Below, in pieces: positions 13,486 through 26,333 of a stretch of 64,000 bases of DNA; within the stretch, counting starts at the first letter, position 1, and each line of letters begins with the position of its first letter. The stretch lies in the NCBI RefSeq assembly GCF_902713615.1, contig NC_052152.1:209801046-209865045 (forward strand), written 5' to 3'. The DNA comes from Scyliorhinus canicula (Eukaryota). The translations under genes were made by a program, and so were the position numbers. Under the pieces are notes generated by a model that did no database searches, was not told the origin of the DNA, and saw only the letters and a program-made list of their open reading frames with translations.

Positions 13486-13700
13486 GGGCAGCACGATGGC
13501 GCAGTGGTTAGCACTGCTGCTTCACAGCAACGGGGACCCGGCTCAATCCCGGCTCTGGGTCACTGTCCGTGTGGAGTTTGCACATTCTCCCCGTGTCTGC
13601 GTGGGTCTCACCCCCACAACCCAAAGATGTGCAGGGTCGGTGGATTGGACATATCTTTTTATTAAAACAGTAAAAAAGAATTGGGCACTGAAATTTATTT
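13486..13700 (+). mobile_element. V-SINE, short subfamily
   Basis: gggcagcacg..tggttagcac head and V core. Confidence 0.85.
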
Positions 13701-13714
13701 TAGAAAAGTAATTC

Positions 13715-14382
13715 CACGGGTTTCTAGGCCGTTTCCACCTCATTCTACTGAACTCCAGCGAATACAATCCGAACCAATTCAATCTCTCCTCATACGTCAG
13801 TCCCGCCATCCCTGGAATCAGTCTGGTAAACCTTTGCTCCCACTGCAGCAAGAACATCCTTCCTCAGAAAAGACGACTAAAACTGCACACACTCGTCCTG
13901 GTGTGGCCTCACCAACGCCCTGTATAATTGCAGCAAGACATCGCTACTCCTGCACTCGACTCCTCTCGCCATGAAGGCTAACATACAGTGGTTAGCACTG
14001 CTGCCTCATGGTGCTGAGAACCCGGCTTCGATCTCAGCTCCGGATCTCTGTCTGTGTGGAGTTTGCACATTCTCCCTGTGCCTGAGTAGGCGCACCCCCA
14101 CAACCCAAAGGTGTGCAGGGTAGCTGAATTGGCCACGCTAAATTGCTCCTTAATTGGAAAAGATTTTAAAAGGCCAACATACCATTTGCCTTCTTTACCG
14201 CCTGTTGTAGCTGCATGTTTGTGACTGGTGGACAAGGACACCCAGGTCTCGTTGCACATTCCCCTCTCCTAATTTATGGCCATTCAGATAATAGTCTGCC
14301 TTCTTGTTTTTGCTACCAAAGTGGATAACCTCACATTTCTCCACATTATACTGCATCTGCCATTCATTTGCCCACTCACTCA
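13715..14382 (-). mobile_element. CR1 RT fragment interrupted by a SINE (13987-14169) with 13-bp TSD
   Basis: ORFs 14195-14383 and 13543-13857; aaggc(t/c)aacatac duplicated at 13974-13986 and 14170-14182. Confidence 0.85.
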
Positions 14383-14601
14383 CAGCAAAAACACAGCAAA
14401 GCGCAGTCCTGGTCTCATATCAAGGACGAGAGGACGTTAACCAGGAATGAGAGTTTGTCAGTTAATCCTCCTCGCCAGCCTGAGTGTAGTTCACCCCAGG
14501 GTTTGGACATAAGATCCCCCTTGACCCCAGCATGAAGAGGATTTCTTTCACTCACTCACTCTCTCTTCCTCAAGTCACAAGAAGCGATCAGTAACACTCA
14601 C

Positions 14602-14692
14602 TTCATGTCCTCGGACTCTGCCCCATAGCAGCTCTCGCACCGGTCTGGGTCCAGTCTCGTGGAATTGAAAACTTCTTCCTGTTTTCCCAATA
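14602..14692 (-). CDS. ERGIC3: ER-Golgi intermediate compartment protein 3, internal exon
   Basis: ctttctctctgtttcag acceptor, AA|gtgagt donor; 91 nt, phase 1 to 2; reads LGKQEEVFNSTRLDPDRCESCYGAESEDM(K), matching the ERGIC3/Erv46 motif LDPDRCESCYGAE..DxK-CCNTC. Confidence 0.92.
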
Positions 14693-14779
14693 CTGAAACA
14701 GAGAGAAAGAACATCATATATGGAGAGGGGTTGGGTGGGGTGCGAGCCAGACAGGAGTGAGATAGACAGAGAGAAAATC

Positions 14780-15395
14780 AACACACGGAACATTGACCCA
14801 GAGAGACAGAACACACGGAACATTGACCCAGAGAGACAGAACACACGGAACATTGACCCAGAGAGACAGAACACACGGAACATGGACCCAGAGAGACAGA
14901 ACACACGGAACATGGACCCAGAGAGACAGAACACACGGAACATTGACCCAGAGAGACAGAACACACGGAACATTGACCCAGAGAGACAGAACACACGGAA
15001 CATGGACCCAGAGAGACAGAACACACGGAACATTGACCCAGAGAGACAGAACACACGGAACATGGACCCAGAGAGACAGAACACACGGAACATTGACCCA
15101 GAGAGACAGAACACACGGAACATGGACCCAGAGAGACAGAACACACGGAACATGGACCCAGAGAGACAGAACACACGGAACATTGACCCAGAGAGACAGA
15201 ACACACGGAACATGGACCCAGAGAGACAGAACACACGGAACATGGACCCAGAGAGACAGAACACACGGAACATGGACCCAGAGAGACAGAACACACGGAA
15301 CATTGACCCAGAGAGACAGAACACACGGAACATGGACCCAGAGAGACAGAACATGGACCCAGAGAAACAGAACACACGAAACATGGACCCAGAGA
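14780..15395 (+). repeat. 30-bp minisatellite (acacacggaacat(t/g)gacccagagagacaga) in an ERGIC3 intron
   Basis: About 20 near-perfect copies with a single T/G polymorphic site. Confidence 0.95.
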
Positions 15396-15925
15396 AAAAA
15401 TCAGTTTCTGCCTCATGATCCATGTATTGATTCACTGGCTGGGTTTATATTCCGGGTGGCTCTGTCCATTAGTGCATAGAAAGCTGTTGCCATTAGATAA
15501 TGGCACAGGGACTGAGAGATACAGATTTATGAATTTGGGCAAGAGATGCTGCTGGGGTGTGGGATGAATTCTTTAACACAGCGGCTGTAATAACCAGGAA
15601 CTCTCTGCCTGCAAGGACAATAGAAGTTGAGACGAATGATGTCAGAAAGAAATTGCATGGGCACTTGGATGTAAATAAACCTGCAGTGATACAGGGATCG
15701 AACGAGCAAATGGAACCGACCCTCTAAGAGCTCTCCACCAGGCCCACCTCCCCACAACCCCGTAACATCTGAGATGGCAACAAAGAGTCTAACATGAGTT
15801 TGAGAGTCAAACAAAACGAATATTTACACAGCACCAGCACTTCGCTGCTGCTTTTCACTCCAGCCACACCTAACTGGCTGGCTCTAATTATACAACAGAA
15901 GGGCTCAACGATTATCACGCCCTCT

Positions 15926-16089
15926 GGGCGGCATTGTAGCACAGTGGTTAGCTCTATTGCTTCACAGCTCCAGGGTCCCAGGTTCGATTCCCGGCTTGGG
16001 TCATTGTCTGTGCAGAGTTTGCACGTTCTCCCTTTGTCTACATGGGTTTCCTCCGGGTCCCGAAAGACGTGCTGTTAGGTGAATTGGAC
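15926..16089 (+). mobile_element. V-SINE truncated by the gap
   Basis: Head and core present up to the N run. Confidence 0.85.
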
Positions 16090-16589
16090 NNNNNNNNNNN
16101 NNNNNNNNNNNNNNNNNNNNNNNNNNNNNNNNNNNNNNNNNNNNNNNNNNNNNNNNNNNNNNNNNNNNNNNNNNNNNNNNNNNNNNNNNNNNNNNNNNNN
16201 NNNNNNNNNNNNNNNNNNNNNNNNNNNNNNNNNNNNNNNNNNNNNNNNNNNNNNNNNNNNNNNNNNNNNNNNNNNNNNNNNNNNNNNNNNNNNNNNNNNN
16301 NNNNNNNNNNNNNNNNNNNNNNNNNNNNNNNNNNNNNNNNNNNNNNNNNNNNNNNNNNNNNNNNNNNNNNNNNNNNNNNNNNNNNNNNNNNNNNNNNNNN
16401 NNNNNNNNNNNNNNNNNNNNNNNNNNNNNNNNNNNNNNNNNNNNNNNNNNNNNNNNNNNNNNNNNNNNNNNNNNNNNNNNNNNNNNNNNNNNNNNNNNNN
16501 NNNNNNNNNNNNNNNNNNNNNNNNNNNNNNNNNNNNNNNNNNNNNNNNNNNNNNNNNNNNNNNNNNNNNNNNNNNNNNNNNNNNNNNNN
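16090..16589. other. Assembly gap (500 N)
   Basis: Exactly 500 N, a round placeholder size; truncates a SINE on the left and a minisatellite on the right. Confidence 0.99.
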
Positions 16590-16808
16590 CCCTCCCGCAG
16601 TGACCTCCCCCTCCCCCTCCCGCAGTGACCTCCCCCTTTCCCCCCCGCAGTGACCTCTCTCCCCCCCTCCCGCAGTGACCTCCCCCCCCCCTCCCGCAGT
16701 GACCTCCCCCCCCCTCCCGCAGTGACCTCCCCCCCCCCTCCCGCAGTGACCTCCCCCCCCCTCCCGCAGTGACCCCCCCCCCCCCCCCCCCCCTCCCCCG
16801 CAGTGACC
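16590..16808 (+). repeat. C-rich ~21-bp minisatellite (ccccctcccgcagtgacctc)
   Basis: Tandem copies at the contig edge; G-runs on the minus strand. Confidence 0.9.
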
Positions 16809-17566
16809 ATCCTCTCTCAGTGTTGTTGGTTATTTGTATCCTCCAAGTGCACAGAGGCCAGCTCACTCGGGATGAGGCACTGAGCAGGTACGGCTCAGTT
16901 GTAAACACTGAGCACTGGAACATTGGGGACATTCTTGTGTTTGGATTAAGATTTATTCTCTGCTCATTCACAGAACAGGCCATTCAGCCCATTGAGCCCG
17001 TCCTGCCATTCACCATCACGGTTCATCAATATCTTAACTCCATCCACCTCATCATTCCAAATCCTTTTTTATCCTCGTCTAGAAATACACCATCAATCTC
17101 AGATATAAAATGAATTAAACGAGCATCAATTGCATTTAGTTGCCAAGAGTTTCATACTGTTACCACCCTTTGTTTGAAGAATTATTTCCTAACTTCTCTA
17201 CTGAACAGATTAACTCTGATTTTAAGGTTATTTTCTTTGCACCTACCCATCAAATCCATTCAAAATTCCAAAAACCTCAATCAAATCAACTCTTCAACCG
17301 TTGATATTACTGGGATACTAGCCGAGTTCATGCAATCTCCCCTCATCAGCTTTTCTTGGGAATCCTGGTAACATTCTGGTCAACTGCGGTGCCCTCCTTC
17401 CGAGGCCATTATCTCATTCTCAGCTGTAGAGCCCAGGCTGTACCAGTGCTCCAGCTGTGGATCGAGCAGGGTTTTGAACGCTTTCAATGGAATGGATCAA
17501 AGAGAGCACCAGAGCAAAAAGGTCAGAACGTGCAGCCACATCAGGAATACAAGATCCAAGTCTTAC

Positions 17567-17727
17567 CATCCTCAAACTCAACGGCTTCATCATAGATGGG
17601 AGGGGCCATCCCAATGGCCTGACCAGAGAAGTAGGGGTTGTAGTATAATCCTTCCCGGAGAGACATGCCAGCAGGAGGCTCACAGTAACCAGTGAGGAGG
17701 GTGAAGATATAACTCTCACCACCATGT
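17567..17727 (-). CDS. CYC1: Cytochrome c1 exon 5 (axial Met ligand)
   Basis: [53 protein letters not shown](G); gcag acceptor, G|gtaag donor; 161 nt, phase 2 to 1. Confidence 0.97.
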
Positions 17728-17973
17728 CTGCACACAACCAAAGCAGAACAATCAGTCCACATGTCTTACAGGCAAGATAAACATTTCAGCAGGAGTTTTT
17801 GAAAGAATGAAGTTTTACAGAAGATCCTGCCTCCTGCAGATTCTGTATCAATTCCTTCTCTTGGCAAAGACTATGGCAAAGGTTTTTGAACCCAAAGTGA
17901 GGTGTTATCATTCTAGATTTTTTTAGAACAATCAATTTTACAGCACAGCCCATTTGCCCCATTTGTGTCAAAT

Positions 17974-19350
17974 AATCCCACTGACCTCCTCTCTCCCCAT
18001 AGCCCTGTATCAATCCCCAAACTAATCCCACTGCCCCGCTCTCTCCCCATAGCCCTGTATCAATCACCAAACTAATCCCACTGCCCCGCTCTCTCCCCAT
18101 AGCCCTGTATCAATCCCAAACTAATCCCACTGCCCCGCTCTCTCCCCATAGCCCTGTATCAGTCCCAAACTAATCCCACTGCCCCACTCTCTCCCCATAG
18201 CCCTGTATCAATCCCCAAACTAATCCCACTGTCCCACTCTCTCCCCATAGCCCTGTATCAATCCCCAAACTAATCCCACTGCCCCACTCTCCCCATAGCC
18301 CTGTATCAATCCCAAACTAATCCCACTTTCCCACTCTCTCCCCATAGCCCTGTATCAAACCCAAACTAATCCCACTGCCCCGCTCTCTCCCCATAGCCCT
18401 GTTATCAGTCCCAAACTAATCCCACTGCCCCGCTCTCTCCCCATAGACCTGTATCAATCCCCAAAATAATCCCACTGCCCCGCTCTCTCCCCATAGCCCT
18501 GTATCAATCCACAAACTAATCCCACTGCCCCACTCTCTCCCCATAGCCCTGTATCAATCCCCAAACTAATCCCACTGCCCCACTCCCTCCCCATAGCCCT
18601 GTATCAATCCCCAAACTAATCCCACTGCCCCGCTCTCCCCATAGCCCTGTATCAATCCCCAAAATAATCCCACTGCCCCACTCTCTCCCCATAGCCCTGT
18701 ATCAATCCACAAACTAATCCCACTGCCCCACTCTCTCCCCATAGCCCTGTATCAATCCCAAACTAATCCCACTGCCCCACTCTCCCCATAGCCCTGTATC
18801 AATCCCAAACTAATCCCACTGCCCCACTCTCTCCCCATAGCCCAGTATCAATCCCCAAACTAATCCCACTGCCCCACTCTCTCCCCATAGCCCTGTATCA
18901 ATCCCAAACTAATCCCACTGCCCCACTCTCCCCATAGCCCTGTATCAATCCCAAACTAATCCCACTGCCCCACTCTCTCCCCATAGCCCTGTATCAATCC
19001 CCAAACTAATCCCACTGCCCCACTCCCTCCCCATAGCCCTGTATCAATCCCCAAACTAATCCCACTGCCCCGCTCTCCCCATAGCCCTGTATCAATCCCA
19101 AACTAATCCCACTGCCCCACTCCCTCCCCATAGCCCTGTATCAATCCCAAACTAATCCCACTGCCCCACTCTCTCCCCATTGCCCTGTATCAATCCCCAA
19201 ACTAATCCCACTGCCCCACTCTCTCCCCATAACCCTGTATCAATCCCCAAACTAATCCCACTGCCCCACTCTCTCCCCATAGCCCTGTATCAATTCCAAT
19301 CTAATCCCACTCTCACCCCATAGCACTGTATTAATCCCAAATAAATCTCA
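17974..19350 (-). repeat. 47-50-bp minisatellite derived from the CR1 ORF2 C-terminus / 3' end
   Basis: Unit aatcccactgccccgctctctccccatagccctgtatcaatccccaaact; minus strand reads QGYGERxGQWD, like the CR1 ends KGIRGYGEKAREWG and GYGVRAGKWS elsewhere in the window. Confidence 0.9.
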
Positions 19351-19707
19351 CTGTCCTGGACACTTCTCATTGCCCCGATCTCTTCCTCGGTTTCAAACAT
19401 TTATTCAATTTTTCCATAAACGATTTAATAGTCTCTGTCTCGAAGATCACCTGAAGGGAGAGTATCCTTTATACCAAGAGCAAAAAGAAAATGCTGCAAA
19501 ATCTCAGCAGGTCTGGCAGCATCTGTAGGGAGAGAAAAGAGCTAATGTTTTGAGTCCAAAGGCTCTTTGTCAAAGCTAACAGACAGACAAAGTGGGAAAT
19601 ATTTATACTGTGGAGTGAGAATGAAAGATGAGTCATAGCCACAGAAACCCAGGGAAACCGGGTGCTAATGGCAGTCCCCAGAGAGAACAAATGGGGAGAG
19701 TAGGTCA

Positions 19708-21405
19708 ACTACAGTGCGGTGTAGGGGAATGCCTATATACAACTGCCTATATACAACTACACTGCGATGAGGGCAATACCTATACAACTGCCAATATACA
19801 ACTACACTGCGATGTAGGGGAATACCTATACAACTGCCAATATACAACTACACTGTGATGTAGGGGAATGCCTATACAACTGCCAATATACAACTACACT
19901 GTGATGTAGGGGAATGCCTATACAACTGCCAATATACAACTACACTGTGATGTAGGGGAATGCCTATACAACTGCCAATATACAACTACACTGTGATGTA
20001 GGGGAATGCCTATACAACTGCCAATATACAACTACACTGTGATGTAGGGGAATGCCTATACAACTGCCAATATACAACTACACTGCGATGTAGGGGAATG
20101 CCTATACAACTGCCAATATACAACTACACTGTGATGTAGGGGAATGCCTATACAACTGCCTATATACAACTGCCTATATACAACTACACTGCGATGTAGG
20201 GGAATGCCTATACAACTGCCTATATACAACTACACTGTGATGTAGGGGAATGCCTATACAACTGCCAATATACAACTACACTGTGATGTAGGGGAATGCC
20301 TATACAACTGTCAATATACAACTACACTGTGATGTAGGGGAATGCCTATACAACTGCCAATATACAACTACACTGTGATGTAGGGGAATGCCTATACAAC
20401 TGCCAATATACAACTACACTGCGATGTAGGGGAATGCCTATACAACTGCCAATATACAACTACACTGTGATGTAGGGGAATGCCTATACAACTGCCTATA
20501 TACAACTGCCTATATACAACTACACTGCGATGTAGGGGAATGCCTATACAACTGCCTATATACAACTACACTGTGATGTAGGGGAATGCCTATACAACTG
20601 CCAATATACAACTACACTGTGATGTAGGGGAATGCCTATACAACTGTCAATATACAACTACACTGTGATGTAGGGGAATGCCTATACAACTGCCAATATA
20701 CAACTACACTGTGATGTAGGGGAATGCCTATACAACTGTCAATATACAACTACACTGCGATGTAGGGGAATGCCTATACAACTGCCAATATACAACTACA
20801 CTGCGATGTAGGGGAATACCTATACAACTGCCTATATACAACTGCCTATATACAACTGCCTATATACAACTACACTGCGATGTAGGGGAATGCCTATACA
20901 ACTGCCTATATACAACTACACTGCGATGTAGGGGAATGCCTATACAACTGCCTATATACAACTACACTGCGATGTAGGGGAATGCCTATACAACTGCCTA
21001 TATACAACTACACTGCGATGTAGGGGAATGCCTATACAACTGCCTATATACAACTACACTGCGATGTAGGGGAATGCCTATACAACTGCCTATATACAAC
21101 TACACTGTGATGTAGGGGAATGCCTATACAACTGCCTATATACAACTACACTGTGATGTAGGGGAATGCCTATACAACTGCCTATATACAACTACACTGC
21201 GATGTAGGGGAATGCCTATACAACTGCCTATATACAACTACACTGCGATGTAGGGGAATGCCTATACAACTGCCTATATACAACTACACTGCGATGAGGG
21301 CAATACCTATACAACTGCCTATATACAACTACACTGCGATGTAGGGGAATGCCTATACAACTGCCTATATACAACTACACTGCGATGTAGGGGAATACCT
21401 ATATA
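19708..21405 (+). repeat. 46-bp minisatellite (cactgtgatgtaggggaatgcctatacaactgccaatatacaacta)
   Basis: About 36 copies with an internal 12-14-bp subrepeat. Confidence 0.95.
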
Positions 21406-24400
21406 TCACTCGTATCTTCATTGTTCTTGCTTCCATCAGCATGCATGTAACCATAGGTTAGATCAACATTTGGGGATTCTAAAACATTTACCAATTTTCT
21501 TTGCTACTGGGACAAAGGACTATCCTCTCTTTTCTAGAAGGATAATTGTGTTATCGACAGTGTCATAAGCAGCACTTGCACAGCACTGACCTGCTCACGG
21601 ACACTCAGTTTGGCTTTTGCCAGAGCCACTTGGCCCCTGACCTCATTACAGCCTTGGTCCAAAAGAGCTGAACTTCAGAGACGAGATGGGATTGACTGCC
21701 CTGGACAGTAAGGCAGCATTGAGTGCCCTGGACAGTAAGGCAGCATTGAGTGCCCTGGATAGTAAGGCAGCATTGAGTGCCCTGGACAGTAAGGCAGCAT
21801 TGACTGCCCTGGACAGTAAGGCATTGAGTGCCCTGGACAGTAAGGCAGCATTGACTGCCCTGGACAGTGAGGCAGCATTGACTGCCCTGGACAGTGAGGC
21901 AGCATTGACTGCCCTGGACAGTAAGGCAGCATTGACTGCCCTGGACAGTGAGGCATTGACTGCCCTGGACAGTAAGGCAGCATTGACTCCCCTGGACAGT
22001 AAGGCAGCATTGACGGCCCTGGACAGTAAGGCAGCATTGAGTGCCCTGGACAGTAAGGCAGCATTGACTGCCCTGGACAGTAAGGCATTGAGTGCCCTGG
22101 ACAGTAAGGCAGCATTGACTGCCCTGGACAGTAAGGCAGCATTGACTGCCCCGGACAGTAAGGCAGCATTGACTGCCCTGGACAGTAAGGCAGCATTGAC
22201 TGCCCTGGACAGTAAGGCATTGACGGCCCTGGACGGTAAGGCAGCATTGACTGCCCTGGACAGTGAAGCAGCATTGACGGCGGCCCTGGACAGTGAGGCA
22301 GCATTGAGTGAGCATTGACGGCCCTGGACAGTAAGGCAGCATTGACTGCCCTGGACAGTGAGGCAGCATTGACTGCCCTGGACAGTAAGGCAGCATTGAG
22401 TGCCCTGGACAGTAAGGCAGCATTGACTGCCCTGGACAGTAAGGCAGCATTGACTGCCCTGGACAGTAAGGCAGCATTGAGTGCCCTGGACAGTAAGGCA
22501 GCATTGAGTGCCCTGGACAGTAAGGCAGCATTGAGTGCCCTGGACAGTAAGGCATTGACTGCCCTGGACAGTGAGGCATTGACGGCCCTGGACAGTAAGG
22601 CATTGACTGCCCTGGACAGTAAGGCATTGAGTGCCCTGGACAGTGAGGCATTGACGGCCCTGGACAGTAAGGCATTGACGGCCCTGGACAGTAAGGCATT
22701 GACGGCCCTGGACAGTAAGGCAGCATTGAGTGCCCTGGACAGTAAGGCAGCATTGAGTGCCCTGGACAGTAAGGCAGCATTGACTGCCCTGGACAGTAAG
22801 GCAGCATTGACTGCCCTGGACAGTAAGGCAGCATTGACTGCCCTGGACAGTAAGGCAGCATTGACTGCCCTGGACAGTAAGGCAGCATTGACTGCCCTGG
22901 ACAGTAAGGCAGCATTGACTGCCCTGGACAGTAAGGCATTGAGTGCCCTGGACAGTAAGGCAACATTGACTGCCCTGGACAGTGAGGCAGCATTGACTGC
23001 CCTGGACAGTAAGGCAGCATTGAGTGCCCTGGACAGTAAGGCAGCATTGACTGCCCTGGACAGTAAGGCAGCATTGACGGCCCTGGACAGTAAGGCAGCA
23101 TTGACTGCCCTGGACAGTAAGGCAGCATTGAGTGCCCTGGACAGTAAGGCAGCATTGAGTGCCCTGGACAGTAAGGCATTGACTGCCCTGGACAGTAAGG
23201 CATTGACTGCCCTGGACAGTAAGGCAGCATTGACTGCCCCGGAGAGTAAGGCATTGAGTGCCCTGGACAGTAAGGCATTGAGTGCCCTGAACAGTAAGGC
23301 AGCATTGACTGCCCTGGACAGTAAGGCAGCATTGACTGCCCTGGACAGTAAGGTAGCATTGACTGCCCTGGACAGTAAGGCAGCATTGAGTGCCCTGGAC
23401 AGTAAGGCAGCATTGACTGCCCTGGACAGTAAGGCAGCATTGACTGCCCTGGACAGTAAGGCATTGACTGCCCTGGACAGTAAGGCAGCATTGAGTGCCC
23501 CGGACAGTAAGGCAGCATTGACTGCCCCGGACAGTAAGGCAGCATTGAGTGCCCTGGACAGTAAGGCATTGAGTGCCCTGGACAGTAAGGCAGCATTGAC
23601 TGCCCCGGACAGTAAGGCAGCATTGAGTGCCCTGGACAGTAAGGCATTGAGTGCCCTGGACAGTAAGGCATTGACTGCCCTGGACAGTAAGGCAGCATTG
23701 ACTGCCCTGGACAGTAAGGCAGCATTGACTGCCCTGGACAGTAAGGCAGCATTGACTGCCCTGGACAGTAAGGCAGCATTGACTGCCCTGGACAGTAAGG
23801 CAGCATTGACTGCCCTGGACAGTAAGGCAGCATTGACTGCCCTGGACAGTAAGGCGGCATTGACTGCCCTGGACAGTAAGGCGGCATTGACTGCCCTGGA
23901 CAGTAAGGCAGCATTGACTGCCCTGGACAGTAAGGCAGCATTGACTGCCCTGGACAGTAAGGCATTGACTGCCCTGGACAGTAAGGCAGCATTGACTGCC
24001 CTGGACAGTAAGGCAGCATTGAGTGCCCCGGACAGGAAGGCAGCATTGACGGCCCTGGACAGTAAGGCAGCATTGAGTGCCCTGGACAGTAAGGCAGCAT
24101 TGAGTGCCCTGGACAGTAAGGAAGCATTGACTGCCCTGGACAGTAAGGCAGCATTGACTGCCCTGGACAGTAAGGCATTGACTGCCCTGGACAGTAAGGC
24201 AGCATTGACTGCCCTGGACAGTAAGGCAGCATTGACTGCCCTGGACAGTAAGGCAGCATTGACTGCCCTGGACAGTAAGGCATTGACTGCCCTGGACAGT
24301 AAGGCAGCATTGAGTGCCCTGGACAGTAAGGCAGCATTGACTGCCCTGGACAGTAAGGCAGCATTGACTGCCCTGGACAGTAAGGCAGCATTGACTGCCC

Positions 24401-24533
24401 TGGGCAGTAAGGCAGCATTGAGTGCCCTGGGCAGTAAGGCAGCATTGACGGCCCTGGACAGTAAGGCAGCATTGACGGCCCTGGACAGTAAGGCAGCATT
24501 GACTGCCCTGGACAGTAAGGCAGCATTGAGTGC

Positions 24534-26333
24534 TGTTTTTGAAAATACAGAAAAATGTGTCATTTGAAACATGGAAGTCTGGCAATATCTGGTCTGAGAG
24601 GATACAGGGAAAGATTCCACAAAAGGTTAATAGCAGCTGCAAAGAGCAGGATTATAAAATGCAGATTCTTGCTCACAAGCAGGCTTATCAAACACACAGG
24701 TTTCATGTGGTAAGCTAAAACAATGGCTCACACCTTCATGTAATGTAACTATCTCAGGAAGTATCTGGAAAGGCATGGATGAGTTTCAATTGACGAATGT
24801 TTAAAACAGGCAGGTCTTTCAAGTCATAACCAAGTTAAATTTTAGCATACAGCTAAAAGCAAAGTCTCACACCTTAATTGAAATAAACTCTTAGTAAACA
24901 GCTGGAAAGGATGGAAGATGCTCAGTCGAATTTGGTGTCAATTCTAAGGTGTAAAATTCTACGAACATCAAGTCAATTAAAAGAAAATTGGAGACGACCT
25001 GTCTACGGGAGACACAATTTAAAGTCAAAATCAAAGGCAAAGTTATGAGCTGGGGACAATTGGAAAATTAAGCGATTCGAAAGCACAGAAGTGGAAGTAA
25101 CACCTATTGAAACCAAAGGAACTTTGAACATCACAAAGGATAATGTAATCAGATCTGAGGTGACGTTATGCCCAAAATGAATAATTAGTTGTATTCAAAT
25201 GTTTACATCAAAGGGGCAGCAGGGTAGCATAGTGGTTAGCATAAATGCTTCACAGCTCCAGGGTCCCAGGTTCGATTCCCGGCTGGGTCACTGTCTGTGT
25301 GGAGTCTGCACGTCCTCCCCCTGTGTGCGTGGGTTTCCTCCGGGTGCTCCGGTTTCCTCCCACAGTCCAAAGATGTGCGGGTTAGGTGGATTGGCCATGC
25401 TAAATTGCCCGTAGTGTCCTAATAAAAGTAAGGTTAAGGGGAGGGTTGTTGGGTTACGGGTATAGGGTGGATACGTGGGTTTGAGTAGGGTGATCATGGC
25501 TCGGCACAACATTGAGGGCCGAAGGGCCTGCTCTGTGCTGTACTGTTCTATGTTCTATGATACTTTTTAACAATCAACGGGAAATAAGTTAATTTACAAT
25601 AAGGCTCAAAAACTTAATAATTGTTAGAAAGAGAATATAAACCCAGGGAGCAGCAGCAACAATTACAGAGCACAGAGAAACAGCAACAGGAGAGATGGGG
25701 AGAACTCAGGGAGAGAGAGAGTGAGCTCGGTCATGGGAAAGACAAGGCAAGCAGCCGAGTTTAAACAGTTATACATCTACGGAAGACTAGAATTTAAACA
25801 GGAGTCAGAGTCAGTTTAGAGATAGCTAGCAGTTAGCTCTTATAGCTCAGTACATGGATCAACAAGACACAGCAACAGAGCTAACCAGCGAATACATCCC
25901 AAAATGACCATATTTTTAAAAAGATTGAGTGTCAAGGTGGGCCTGAAGGTCCCTTCAACCAACAGGAAGGATCCAGAAGCAAGATCTTTTTACCTTTCTG
26001 TAAAGAAAGTGTTTGCAGCTTTTTTAAAAAAAAAATATAATAATAAAATAACTTTACTTAACCTGAAAAAGTGGTTTATTCCTGAAAGTCTACGTTACTT
26101 ACTTAGCAATGCAGAACCCAGGACATCGATGCTACTAAGTGGTAAGTAGATAAAATCTTCGGTGAAGGTATGGGTTATACCGGGGGATAACTTGAAAATA
26201 TAGTTCGACCTGAATGGCACCCACCGAAGCCTGCATCGGAGTCAGGGAGTGAGAACCCCTGTTCACCATTTAGAATACTGGCCCTTTTTGGTACAGGGGA
26301 AATTCTAAGAATAGTGGTGAGTTTTCAAAAAGA
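24534..26333. mobile_element. Solo LTR-like insertion (1.8 kb including a nested SINE) with 4-bp TSD
   Basis: Ends TGTTTTTGAAAA...TTTTCAAAAAGA (12-bp inverted repeat, 1 mismatch); GTGC duplicated at 24530-24533 and 26334-26337. Confidence 0.75.
25213..25559 (+). mobile_element. Full-length HE1-type SINE nested in an LTR
   Basis: Head, core and (tgttcta)n tail. Confidence 0.92.

Noticed and set aside
16804-16887. Plus-strand exon-like segment (cccgcag|TG ACC ATC CTC TCT ... AG|gtac), starting VTILS like an early ERGIC3 exon
   Set aside because: Wrong strand relative to the ERGIC3 exon, similarity ends after five residues, and that frame hits TGA; no recognisable product in the other open frame.
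16001-16983. ORFs spanning the N run
   Set aside because: Gap artefacts.
21605-24642. Three minus-strand ORFs of about 970-1000 aa (Cys-rich, keratin-associated-like)
   Set aside because: All three frames are open because of a triplet-length repeat; the source is antisense LINE RT.
25213-25300. tRNA genes at SINE heads
   Set aside because: A/B boxes are followed by V-SINE core and LINE-derived tail; no complete cloverleaf.
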